64,000 nucleotides of DNA, taken from contig RDEW01000002.1 of assembly GCA_011109175.1 (NCBI GenBank), forward strand, positions 1,718,111-1,782,110. The letters run 5' to 3'. The stretch comes from Dicyema japonicum. Its lineage: Eukaryota > Animalia > Dicyemida. Numbering within the stretch: position 1 is the first letter of the stretch; every line of letters starts with the position of its first letter. Below are positions 1 to 11,539 of the stretch, piece after piece. Position numbers and translations under genes: made by a program. The notes beneath the pieces were generated by a model. That model had not been told where the DNA came from, did no database searches, and saw only the letters and a list, made by a program, of their open reading frames with translations.

Positions 1-870
1 GTTTTTGCATGCAACTATTAAAGTATAACAGTGGGTCAAGTGTAGATGTACAAGTTCAGCAAACGAATGAATATCCCCCCATTGTTATCAAAAGCTGTCC
101 AATCAGTATGGGCTCTCGTATCATTTGGGTACATCTCCATCCCCTACGTCGTCCTCACATTGATTAGTACACTTGAAATCTATTGGTAAGGAATGTCGTT
201 ATTTTAGGTCTGTCGGCTTCTCGTTGCATTTTGTGTCTTTAATTATTATTGTAGTACTCTGACTGGGAATATATTTTTGACGGGGGAATTATTTTATTTT
301 CTTTATATTTCAATTATGTTTGTGAATAAGACTTGTGTCTTACACGAAAATAAGTGGTTGTATCACGTTATTGTCCAACTTCCTTGAATTGAGCCAGTGC
401 ATTGCTCTTTCTACCACTCACTATTGTCCAGCTACTCTTAAATCTATACTGTGGTTCCATTAACTGCTTCATGTTATCTTCTCGCTCAAGACTTTCGTTT
501 GAAATCAATAATAACTTAACCAACATCACTCCCTTGAACATTCTGTGGTCGACTAACATACTTTTAAGAGTCCTCTTGATCGTAACAGATTGAACATATT
601 TTACTTACAATTATTTCAAAATCGGAATTTTCCCACAAGTTTTGAAATGTAGTACCCCCAAATATACGAAAGATACGACGAGTGAGCAAAAGACCTTTCC
701 AGTGTGTGGTATGTGCATTATTATCAAATATATTATAAGTGAATGAGCTAACACGTGGAATCCTATTCTGAAATCATTAATATGAGAAATAACATTCCAT
801 ATCTTCCATGAAGGAAATAAAATCCTACTAAAATATAAAATATGTAGCGAAGAGTTACATTTCGGATCAC

Positions 871-1195
871 ATGGAAGCAAATTATTCTGCATATCAGGAT
901 ATTTATTACATTCACAGAGGGAGACTATTCGATATCTTGGAGAATGTGGTTGACGATGACATTTTCAGAATGATCCGTCTATTACTTGGAATAACGCTGA
1001 TACGTGTACGTTTTGGAAATTTGTCGTCTGTCCCAATCGAGACAATGTACGGGGTACCGCAGAGAGATTCCTTGTCACCGGTTCTTTGTGTGACATATCT
1101 GGAAGCGGCACTCAGAGACTTCAGACTATTAATTGGCGACTTATTTCAAACTGAAGTGATTTATGCAGATGATATCGACTATATATCCAGGAATT
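871..1195 (+). mobile_element. RTE-clade non-LTR retrotransposon, RT fragment
   Basis: Translates GVPQRDSLSPVLCVTYLEAALRD...EVIYADDIDYIS (RT motifs); same family as 17160-19900. Confidence 0.8.
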
Positions 1196-1214
1196 TGCTA
1201 ATTTATACTATATA

Positions 1215-1690
1215 TAGGAATCCTACACGCTTCGGAGTTACGGGTATCAGGTCGGCGCTGAGATCACCTATCCAGAATATGTGTCATCGCTCTCAAGTGG
1301 AAGCCTTTTGATCCAAGATATCCTAAGTTTTCCAACCGGACTTTCTTGGGAAAGTCTTCGACGATGCTCGTCGCGAATGGTGTGAAACTGGTTTGGATAT
1401 GCCGAACGATCCTTCGAGACAACATGACTGGGATGATATCTACTCCAAGAATATCTTCGACGTGCTAAAGTCTGAGGCCAACCAGCATCGTCTTGCATGC
1501 CTCGTGTCCGCCGCCAACCATGGGAGCTGAGCGTGGCTGGATGCACTCCCGTGTTCCTCCCTGGGGATTCTTTTGGACGATGACTGTATTCGGATTGGGA
1601 TCGCACAACGATTGGGACATGAAGTCTGCCAGAAACACAGATGCCGTTGTGGAAGAACAGCTGACACCAATGGACTGCATCCTTTGTCTA
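1215..1690 (+). mobile_element. CRE-clade non-LTR element fragment (post-RT region and zinc knuckle)
   Basis: With frameshifts: PTRFGVTGIRSA...QHDWDDIYSK...HRLACLVSAA..AWLDALPCSSLGILLDDDCIRIGIAQRLGHEVCQKHRCRCGRTADTNGLHPLS, the CRE-type AWL..P / CxCG..D..G.H signature. Part repeated at 42886-43130. Confidence 0.75.
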
Positions 1691-1694
1691 GTCA

Positions 1695-2200
1695 GGAATC
1701 ATCGTAAACAAATTAGCACACAATCACGTGTAAGACTATACAATGCCTTCGTGAAACCGGTCCTAGTGTACAACGCTGCAACCTGGGGGGTCTCACAAGC
1801 GGTAATGGACAAACTAGATGCCTTCCATCGTAAACAGCTCCGACTGTTGCTTTGCATCAACTGGCCAAAAAAATCACAAACAAGAGTCTACACAAATATG
1901 TAATACAAGACCATAGAGTCTGGATATCCTTGAATCAAGATGGCGTCTATTTAGTCACATTCTTCGGATGAGCCAGATGACGCATGCTAAAATAGCAATG
2001 GAGAACTATTACTGCCCAGAAGTGAATACCTCGTTCCGTAAAAAGACCTCGCATAACTTTGCCAGAAATTCTACACAAAAACCTGACCAATGTAAGACGA
2101 AAGCTGAAAACAGGAGATGATTCGGATACGCTCAGAATAATTGCCAGTAACCGTGGAGCATGGGGGAAGTTAGTTAAGAGGATTGTTGAAGAAAGAATAA
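1695..2200 (+). mobile_element. RTE-clade element, C-terminal fragment
   Basis: RVRLYNAFVKPVLVYNAATWG...KLDAFHRKQLR, then ILESRWRLFSHILRM; homologous to 62579-63136. Confidence 0.8.
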
Positions 2201-2294
2201 CCTGAAAAAATACGGCACAAGCGGAACCATAATTAAATTATTTTTTTGGTTTTTCGAAAGTGCCATTAATAATAATAATATAAAAAATCGAAAA

Positions 2295-2420
2295 CCTAAC
2301 CTAAGTCTAATCCCTAACCTAACCTTAATCCATAACCCTAATCTTTATCCTAACCATAATACTTAACCCTAATCCCTAACCCCCAACCATAACCATGACT
2401 CTTAACCATAACCCTATTGT
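2295..2420 (+). repeat. Degenerate (CCCTAA)n telomere-like tract
   Basis: aacctaac ctaagtctaa tccctaacct aacc...acccta...taaccct aatccctaac, about 20 imperfect units. Confidence 0.75.
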
Positions 2421-2641
2421 GGGTGGGCCGAAGTTCATGTATACATATTCCAGTTAAAAAATAATCATTTAAATCGAATATTATTCAAAATCAAAAAATC
2501 GATTTTTGCTTAGTTGTGAGATGTTCAAACTCAAGACTTTGCCCGGTCATTATGGCACAGCCGGACGCGATGGCATGCGACAATTTTTAATATACATATT
2601 TTATTTATAATTTTTTATAAAGTTATATTTTAATATAAATA

Positions 2642-3443
2642 CTCTCAACCCTCGCAAATTGGACAATTTTTAAATTGGCCACATTTTGAAAAAATTTTCT
2701 AAGAAAAAGTCCTATTCGCCATATTAATAGGCCAATTCTCAAACATGTTTCGAAACACAATATCGATAAAACAATAAGTATTCTTTTACTGAAGATGACA
2801 ATATTTTGAAAGATTTGAAAGAGACACGGATTCAGAATGCTCAAGTTAGACGGAGAAATGCGAAAAGATAAATCTGCGACATTGAATTCTTTCATGAAGA
2901 ATTTAAAGAAATTTCAAAAGCATATAAACATGACCAAATCCATAATCTGGATGAAACTGGATTATACTCTTTTTTACAAAAATGGCCTTCAGGACGTGTC
3001 CGAAGAGACGACCAGGAATTGTTTTCAGAGTATTAAAAACTCCAATAACGAAATCCTTGAAATTGATATTAACGAAACAGCAATCAGAAGAACAGACATT
3101 TTGGATCCTCTCGAAGTTGAGGATTTTTTAAATATTGAATACACGGAAAATGGAACATTTATTGAAAATGAAAATTCTTTAGAAGATTCAGAAAATAGTG
3201 AACAAAAATCTTAAAAATAAGACCTGTGGACAAAATGGATATTATTGTTAGATTAACTGCAATAGAGAGGGAACTTTAGCAAATGTTGAGAATGAATTAA
3301 ATTTTAATAAAACTTAAGTTTTTTGTTAATTAACGAATAAAAAAATATTTGTTCATTTTTGTCAAAATTATTGATTTTATTTTTTAAATTGGCCACAAAA
3401 TTCCGTGTGAAACCAAAAATGGCCAAATTGCGAGGGTCGAGTG
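2642..3443 (+). mobile_element. Internally deleted pogo/Tigger-like DNA transposon
   Basis: TIRs CTCTCAACCCTCGCAAATTGG / CCAAATTGCGAGGGTCGAGTG flanked by TA on both sides; internal NLDETGLY (pogo DDE motif). Confidence 0.8.
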
Positions 3444-3689
3444 TACATATTATTTTTTCGCTTCGAGTTTCCTATTATTGTGATGCCAAAATAAAAATGT
3501 CAAACCAAAAAAAATTACAAAAATCATAAGCAAATGTCCCATGGAATCTGACAGGGATTTAATGGGAATAGATATTGTCTAAAATGTCTAGTCAATGTAA
3601 ACTTCAATGTGGATTAACACCGGCAAACAATGAAACACAAGTATTCAGACTTGAGAAATTCTTCTAAAATTCCAAAAAATTATTTCCAC

Positions 3690-4330
3690 ATTTTGAGTTT
3701 TTGAGACCAAACTGGTGGCCTTGAACGATTTATGAACAATTTATCAGACCAATGATGACGTATGCAAGTCCTTCATGGGCAATGCAGATTTCACGATCAT
3801 CCTCATTGAAGCTATTGAAAATTTCTTAATCGAATTACAACGGAAACTCTTAAAGGAGGCTAGTTTACCGAGCTGCCATCTATTCCATACACTATCGAAA
3901 TATCTACATTCATACAGAAATTTTGAGCCGATGACTTGTCCGATGAGAAGAGCTGTTCAGGATTCTCGACCCCCAATCAATAAAAAATGGATTTCCTCCA
4001 CATTCACTTTTCATTGGAGAATTTGGGAATTATTATCTCCATTTAAAAAAATTGTTTTTGATTACAACAATTCGATACACGAGACAACGAAACAAATGTC
4101 ATTCTTCATATTTATGCGATGTAGGTATCCACAGGAAGCAATTCCGGATGATTTGTCGAATTTTCTCTCTATGAAGTAGATGAAGCAAAAGAGGAGGCAC
4201 GAATATATACGCAAGTAGCAGCAAAAAAGATGATTGAAAAAAAAGAAGGTGGAGAAACGACGAAGAAACTTTAAAAGTTAGTCACAAGGGCTTTAAAAGA
4301 AGAGATCATCCAGCTCATCGTACAATAAAA
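3690..4330 (+). mobile_element. Jockey/I-like LINE, 3' fragment
   Basis: LYEQFIRPMMTYASPSW motif, homologous to 51050-51385 and 41954-42190. Confidence 0.6.
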
Positions 4331-4399
4331 CTGTACGATCGAAAACGCTAAGTAATTTAACTAATAAATTTTGTTTAATAATTTGCACCTTTGAGTGTT

Positions 4400-4500
4400 T
4401 AAGGTTAGGGTCAATATTTAGGGTTTTTAGTTAGGGTTAGTGTTTAGGATTTTGGTTAGGATTTAAAGGTTTTGGTTAGGGTTAGTGCTTAGAGTTAAAG
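4400..4500 (+). repeat. Degenerate (TTAGGG)n tract
   Basis: aaggttaggg tcaatattta ggg...ttagggttag tgtttagg...ggttagg gttag. Confidence 0.7.
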
Positions 4501-5249
4501 TTTCATGTATGTGGATGAAAGAACAAGGCTTAAATTAAATATTTTGGTTAATATATGTTTTTTTTTTAGTTGTTATTTAAATAATTAGATTTTATCTATT
4601 TTATATTTTTCAAACAAATTAATTTTTTCTTAGACAAGGATTAAAATTTTTTTGATTAGTGACATTTGGTGGTTTATTTTTTAATTTGGATCTTTCAATT
4701 TTTGCGTTCTACAGAATTTTCAATATCAGATGTAAACTGATTGAGTATATTTAAGTTGATTCTGCTATAGAAAATTTTATAATTTTATTAGCCTTGACCA
4801 TGTGTGGGCCGAGGCATCGTACGGGCATTTAAGAAATTATTAAATTTAAAAATTCAAGTTCTTTTCCAGCATTTCATTTTTCAACACAATCTACTTTCTA
4901 AAGACGAATCACTCAAAACTGAAAAACGAACATTCTTGAACTAAAATTTGAGAATTCTGGACTTTTCTTGATTAATCAATTCAAAGACTCAAATTTTATC
5001 GGATATTTCAATTATACTTTATTTAGGTATAGATTTGATTCTGACGTGATTCGTCAAGAATTTTTGTGTATTGGATGTTTTTTAGTTATACACGCATTTT
5101 AGATGATCGAAGGTTTATTAAATTTTAGTGATTAAAAAATTAAATACAATTTACAAATCTAACAAGTTTACAATGAAACTTAAAGAATATATTAGAAAAA
5201 TAGAAATTAAAAAATTTAATTTATAAAAATTATTTAAATTTCAAAATGT

Positions 5250-5318
5250 TCCTTGTATTATACTAGTTAGTATGCCACGTTGTAATCCGGGTGACCTGGT
5301 TCGATTCCCAACAAGGGA
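5250..5318 (+). pseudogene. tRNA-Asp-derived pseudogene
   Basis: TCCTTGT...GTTAGTAT...GGTTCGATTCCC...ACAAGGGAG aligns by eye to eukaryotic tRNA-Asp; acceptor stem pairs but D arm and anticodon stem are broken and GTC reads GTA. Confidence 0.6.
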
Positions 5319-5359
5319 GATCATTTTTCTTCACTATTATTACTTTAGCGATGGGGATT

Positions 5360-6330
5360 ATTTTATATATATTGAGAATGGACACTGCTGGTCCTCCAAA
5401 TGACATCATACTTTCTAAGTATCGGTCCATTTAGGGGAAGACCACTGACAATCCTTCAACTGACTTTAAACAACGACCTAAAAAATGTCAAAATGTGACT
5501 GAAAAGACGTAGGCGAGTTCCAAAACCGCAATCCCAAGAAGAGCGTGGAAGTGTCGGACTTTAGATTATCCGGGGTGCGGAACACGCGACGTCAATTGAT
5601 TAACTTTCTTGTTGCGAATTGGCATAATAAAATTATATTGTCATGATTAATATTCAAAACAAAGTGATAGATTTTTTATATGGTCGAAGTACTTATAGAT
5701 AGGATTTATCACTCAGATTGAATAACATGGAGGACTATTTGTTAGAAACTGAGATTCTAGTAAGTATGCTGTATTTTATTCACATCTCTCATTTTGATTG
5801 GTCCATTATATAATTATGAATGAGAAATGATTTAACATCCATCAGGATTGTAATATGTTTTCTAGAATTTAGACACTCCTGTAATTTCTCAAATGAGGGG
5901 GCAACGTTGATAATTATGACTTTCAAACACACCGTCTCTATCTCTTGGAGAAGGGTTTTAATCCAAGTTCATTAAGTACGAATCGTCAACGTTTTTCGTC
6001 CAACACAAGCACGTGTGTTCATCAGTTTTGAACTATCTATATAAGGTGGAAAGTTCCTTGACGCATTTTGTAGATGAGGAATATTTTTTAGATTTTTATT
6101 CGTACATGATAATGTCCGCGCTAATCTATCATAGGCACAAATGAATAGATTTTTCTAACGACAGAAGTACTGATTGTCACTATTATGGATATCATTACAA
6201 ATGGGTCATTTATAGACTCTTACATATACACGGTAAGAGGGCTAGTTTTCCTTACTCCATAAGACCATAGCTAAAAAAAGAAGAAACCAAAAAGAAAAAC
6301 GTCTAGTTGAGCCCACTTACATACAAATCT
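5360..6330 (-). CDS. Probable LRR-containing single-pass membrane protein (spliced, fragmentary)
   Basis: LRR N-cap-like FICAYDRLARTLSCTNKNLKNIPHL near 6140-6060; DVACSAP near 5590; hydrophobic ALLGIAVLELAYVFSVTF near 5540-5490; gtaagt...tttttag intron near 6320-6270. Full frame not reconstructed. Confidence 0.35.
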
Positions 6331-6431
6331 TAAAAGAGACGCTACCAGACAGTTAAATTGTCTATCATGAGAATATTGAACAATATCATAAATGTGCTGG
6401 AATTGACAACCATCAATAATAGTTTATATTC

Positions 6432-6475
6432 TGTCACAGGCGCTACGAGTTACCGAGCGCTACGCGCCTGTGACA
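6432..6475. other. Perfect 12-bp GC-rich hairpin
   Basis: TGTCACAGGCGC (6432-6443) / GCGCCTGTGACA (6464-6475), 20-nt loop, in AT-rich flanks. Confidence 0.85.
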
Positions 6476-7049
6476 TATTCAATACTTAATAATTTAATTA
6501 ATTAAATTGAATAGCTGTTAATATAAATATTACTATTTTTTAAATTTATTTAACTCAAGACCACGGTAAACCCAACCAATTATCACGTGATCCAATGCAT
6601 TCTAGCAGAGACCTCATCTTTGCTCTGTGTTCTTCCTTCGTGCACGCGCATATGAACGTACAGGACGGCCTGAGTTTTCAGAGCCACCTTCACGTGATCT
6701 GGAGACAAGCCAAGTTCTTCAATGTCAAGTGAGATTCTTTCGCTGTGCGGAGCATCCACATTTATTATTGTCGTTCGAATGCTTTAAAGACATAAAGCGC
6801 AAGATTGGTAAGCCACCACCTCAACCTTTGTCAGTTTAATTGTCAATTTTGATATTTTTTTGTTTTATCAAATATTTAAAATTTAAAATATAATTATTAA
6901 TAGGTAAAAGAAAATTTACCTGGCAAAATTTCATTATGGCATGGAGTCAGTTTTTATTGTTTCAAACAATTCTCTGCAGAAACAAAAGAATTTAATTCTG
7001 ATGTTACTTGTGACTTTTCGAATGGAAAGTGGCAGATGTGGACTCACGT

Positions 7050-7450
7050 CAGTGGAAGAAGACAACAGGAGCCATTGTATTAAGTCAACCCTCATATAAA
7101 CAAAACAGAGTCCTGGAATTAAGAAAAGAAGGCAATCATTGAGATGAGATGGTTTATATAGTCCTTTACATATGAATGTGAGGGCTTGTTTTTTTCTTAT
7201 AATATTGATCGCATCATCTTGGTCATGGAGGTCAACAACGGAGCAATTAAGTTTATTATCAGAAGAGGCTGGATAGGGTTTTGAATAAAGAAATGAGCCT
7301 TGAGAATCATCCAGTACAAGTTATTGAAAGTAAACTCAAATTTTCGACTAGCGACTACAAGAGGAGTATTAAAGAGTAACGAGAATGTTTTCTAGAGTCC
7401 AAGCAAAGGTTAGACGTAAGAAATAAAAGTAGTGTGCATCATGTCGCGTC
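7050..7450 (+). mobile_element. Possible Ginger/KRBA2-type integrase remnant
   Basis: HHLGHGGQQR resembles the integrase zinc-binding H..GH.G motif; heavily decayed. Confidence 0.3.
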
Positions 7451-7482
7451 ATATTTAACAGTCTCCAGAATTAAATCGATGA

Positions 7483-7700
7483 AAATTAGCTAGTAATGTC
7501 GATAAAAGATGCAGCAGAAAAAAGGATGAAAAACTACCTGAAAAGAGATGCATAATTGACTCGTATGTTGCAGCACAGTATAAACGATAAGAGGAGTCTG
7601 AGACCGCAGAGAAGAGTCCAAGCGTTTGCAGGACTTGCGGCATGAGGCCAAATAACTCCCTCTTTAATTTTTCTTTGCTAATAAAGTTGTTAAAGTAAAA
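7483..7700 (+). mobile_element. 5'-truncated copy of the LINE 3' end at 57090-57305
   Basis: About 215 bp nearly identical to 57090-57305 (gctagtaatgtcgataaaagatgcagcag...ctaataaagttgttaaag). Confidence 0.9.
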
Positions 7701-7999
7701 ACCTAACTTCATAACCATAATCAATATTTGATGGTTATGTTAAATGTAAAATAGTCAACTGGCCAAATGGTCGGTTGATCACGAAACCCAAATGCACATT
7801 AAAGTTAGGTCCATATAAGGAAAAAGGGCCTTTTTTTCAGTGTGAATAATTTCAATTTTTATGGTTCTGTAATACCTTGTTCGTACGTCTGGTTTCATCA
7901 ATGAAGAAGATTTTATCAATCATCACATGAACATTCGCCATGCTTCCTATACGACAATAATTTTTTTGAATAAAAAAAATTTTAAATGCAAAAACTATC

Positions 8000-8520
8000 A
8001 ACTACTGGCTATTTCATAATTGAGAACGCATTTCCCCTGAAGATTTGCAAAGGAAATACACTCAATGGAGCCAACTCCTTTCTCTCCTATCATTTTTCGA
8101 TTTTTTATAGTTGAAAAATGAAACAGTCTCTTTTCTGTGGTCAAGAACTTTATTGATTCGAATAATGATTGATTGTGGTCGGAAGATAATCCATAATGCA
8201 TTGTCCAAGAAGTGTCCGGTGGTAGGTTTGGAGGACAGAAGGTAATGTTTGGGACGTTGATGCTTCGTTTTCATTATAAGGAGTCCTAGTGTGCTTCCTG
8301 AAGTTGTTGAGGATTGTCAGAGAGGTGAGTTGGATGATGGATTAAGTCTGCTTTCTTGAGGTAAAATCAGGTCAATGTTCTGTTCTTTAAAGAAATACCG
8401 TAGTTCGAGAATTTTGTTTTTGATTCTGTTGATGTTGCAGAATTGAGAGTGGAGGGGCCTGGATTAAGTTCAATGTCACCGGCAAGAATTATCAGAAACC
8501 CATTCAGCCGAGGGGATTAA
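8000..8520 (-). mobile_element. APE-type LINE 5' region with 2A-like peptide
   Basis: RLNGFLIILAGDIELNPGP (core 8480-8454), then after a 1-nt shift FCNINRIKNKILELRYFFKEQNIDLILPQESRL (APE N-terminus). Confidence 0.75.
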
Positions 8521-8974
8521 GAAAAAGAAGAGGCCGTCGTCCGAAGAGTCCTTCTTCGGATGGGAGGTAGTTAATGGTCCTTTTCTTGCGGCGCATTAAG
8601 TACACCCTAAGCTCCTCCAGAACTTTCATAACTGGTAGACCACACGACGCCACGTTTTTAATTCGTCTATTTATAAAAATGGCCTGGGAAGATGTATTCC
8701 CTAAAACAATCAAAAATTGCTTTCAAATTTTAAAAAATGTTGATGAGAATTTAATCGATGAATAACTATTTTAAAATTATTTTATTAAATTCTAAAATTT
8801 GTTGCAAAAAATGCTGGAACCAAAAAAGGCAAATTTGTAGAGTTTACTGTAGTTGTAAGTGGAATATCCTAAAGAAGAAAAAGTCTTTGCTTTTTACAAA
8901 CTTCTGGGAGTCTTTTCTCAAAGGGGGGCACAAGGCTGTAATTAGTGGTTTTGGTACAAGTGGTTGGTTGGTGG

Positions 8975-11115
8975 GGAGATTAAGGGCTAGGCGTACCTCT
9001 ATTACGCAAAATATCTACTTAGCTTCATGGTGGATGAACGCCTTGTATTCTCGTGAGCACGTAAGAAGTGACAGACTTAGGAGACATCAGAAACCAAAGA
9101 AGTGTCGGGTGCACAATTCCACATTCTAATCTCTCCCAAATATAGCTCAAAGGAGCATCTATCCGCATCTGCAAGTGATAGTTAATATACGTTGCCAGTA
9201 TCAAGCTTATCAGCTAATTTAGAGTATCTTTATTCCCAAAAGAACAATTATCCAACTTATTAGTACCCATAATCTATCTCGCAGAGCTTTGTGTTTCGAA
9301 TCTGTATATCTGGTATACAATGGATTTCCATTATGTGTTCCTCTGTTTAGTTGGTACTCACCAATGTAGTATTCGTTTATCCAATCGGATTTGATATCTC
9401 AGACATATGCTTGAGAGAAAGTTTAGTTCATATTTTTGATATTCGCTAGTTTCCCCTCATATTTTTCACACTCTTTAAGCCTTCTGGCTAAATGTAACTT
9501 CTGATGACATCGGATCTGAAGGTCGTGGGTTCAAATCCGAACGATAGAGTTTTCAGCGAAGGTCAATTCTTGTCAAACAGATCCCACCCGTGAGGCGACG
9601 AGTCCTTCTGGCACGACACAGTTGTTAAAAGGGATCTTCCTAATTTTCCCCCTGACCAAACCCTCTAATGAAGATTGCATTATGAAAACTATTAGGACGT
9701 GGGACAAAATTGGAAGAGGGCTGACCTACTTCTCCACCTCTCCCCTGAAGCGGAAGCCTGTAATGAAGTATTGGAAAATGGATTTGGTCAGCACAAGCAG
9801 ATGCTCTCCCTTTGGTTCCTTCCTTGGATTAGTTATGACTGTTTGTGCTGGAATTACAATGGTAAGCCTGGGGTTAATAATAATAATAACTCTCGTCTTT
9901 GATCTTCGGAACTTCTCGGTGTTGGCAAAATGAAGAAACACCTTGATCCAATACAATTAGAATGATCTACTTTATGGTGACTCTTACTATTGGATTCGGA
10001 GTCGTTCTAAAATAACCTCAAAAATATTTTGGAGGTAGATTCTGGATATAGTCAGGAGGGTGAGGATCATGTCTACTCTGGATTCTAACATTCAATATGG
10101 GGTAACATTCAATAAGGCAATCATTTTTTGTTATATTCCCATTTCTAATATGTGCACATCCACCGGTGTGACTGGGAAGGTGGTAACATTTATCAGAGTC
10201 GATCAATTCTGAATTGGAGTACTAAATTTACTGGTTACTATTCTCAATGTCAGTGAAGTCCGGAATCTTCAACCGGAGATTCTTGAACAGATTGTGTTCG
10301 CTTTTGCGTGAAAAACCGAGTAGTTGAAAATGGCATAGCATTTCCCCTCACTGCATCTCTGGGGACCTAATTTTACTCAGAAGACAAACGATCATTTATC
10401 ACGTACAAACAGTGCCAGCTTTCTCTGTCAAATTGAACGATTTTTCCTATCGTTTCTATTGAATAATTGTTATTTTGAATTCCAGGACTTTATATAAGAA
10501 CCCACGTTACCCGATAGATGTAAAGACCGGGGACATTATGCATTTTTCGCAACCGGTAACGTGTCCGTATCCAAGCAGGTGGAGCAGTTCGTGGACTAGA
10601 ATAATTGCAGTCTGTTGCAACTCGAGGTTTGTCTAAAATAAGGTCGATTTGTCACTTCATATGACATATATATGACAACTGTCCCATGTGGTATGCAAAC
10701 TGCCTTAACAACGCGTATCCGAGAGTAACAAATCCTGAATCATTCAAAACATGTTGAGATCTACGGATTAGAAAACTACAGTCTACGTGAAAAACACGTA
10801 TGCGTCATAATTCTTTTGTATCTCATTTTGGTCGACTGCCAAAAGACTTGAAGTCTACTTTTCTGCCATCGACTAGGACAATTTCTTTAATAACGACGTT
10901 CATTTCGAACGTTTCAAAATACTTTTAGTTGACTATAAGACTACTTGATGGTTTCATTCACAAAGTCAAATGTCCGCATGACCGTAGTTATCGAAGACTT
11001 CCAAGTATATGCTAAGACGTGATTATACCAGAAGGCGGTTAATATAGGCTTCCTATTCTAAGGTTTTCTTTTGACAGCTTATAAAAGTCAACAAGAAAAT
11101 GAGGAGAGAATTCAT
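8975..11115 (-). CDS. Secreted reprolysin/ADAM-type (M12B) zinc metalloprotease fused to C-type lectin domains; spliced, SINE-interrupted, several frame disruptions
   Basis: ATG 11115 MNSLLIFLLTFISC (signal-like); YDAYVFFT...TLGYA..KAVCIPHG; 23-nt intron 10655-10633; TAIILVHELLHLLGYGHVTGCEKCIMSP (HExxHxxGxxH at 10593-10561 plus Met-turn); CTLD-like CSEGKCYAIFNYSVFHAKANTICSRISG...GGCAHIRNGNITKNDC; second CTLD NCIGSRCFFILPTPRSSEDQRRECEKYEGKLANIKN...DRCSFELYLGEIRMWNC...VCHF. Confidence 0.75.
9475..9888 (+). mobile_element. tRNA-derived SINE
   Basis: A-box-like TGGCTAAATG, B box GGTTCAAATCC, (TAA)n tail, ACTCT target-site duplication at 9470-9474 and 9889-9893. Confidence 0.8.
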
Positions 11116-11539
11116 TAATTTTCTCAGAATATGTTGTTGAAATTTATTGTAAGTTTCTGGTTTTTTAATTAAAAATAAAATTAACTAAAAAACTTCTAAT
11201 TTGCTAGAAAATCATAAAATTTTTAAAAAACAGAAAAAATCTATGAATTATTAGATTTTTATCAATAAAGTCAAAATTTATATGTTCTTTAAAATAGTCT
11301 AAAACTATAAAAATGTGATTTTTAATCAAAATATTATATAAATCAAAAGTTATAAAGTAAAAAGTCAAAATTTTGGAATGTCAAAAAGGTCAAAATTTAA
11401 TTTTTTAGGTCAGTAAAGTCAAAGTTTATTGATTTTTGATTTTTTATTTCTTAGAGTTTTTGAATAAAATACTAGCGTGTCATCAACTGTTATGCCGCAT
11501 TCAAATCAGGAAAGTCGTTGAAAAGATTAAGACTGTTAT

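Noticed and set aside
1-600. Possible exons at the window start (ORFs 368-559 and 402-593)
   Set aside because: No recognisable motif or consistent splice model could be built.
2295-2420. True chromosome end
   Set aside because: Tract is short, degenerate and internal.
5250-5318. Functional tRNA-Tyr(GTA) or tRNA-Asp
   Set aside because: D arm and anticodon stem do not pair.
8525-8560. HDV-like ribozyme at the LINE 5' end (tccgaaga/tcttcgga stem)
   Set aside because: Could not fit P1, P1.1, P2 and P3 around the stem.
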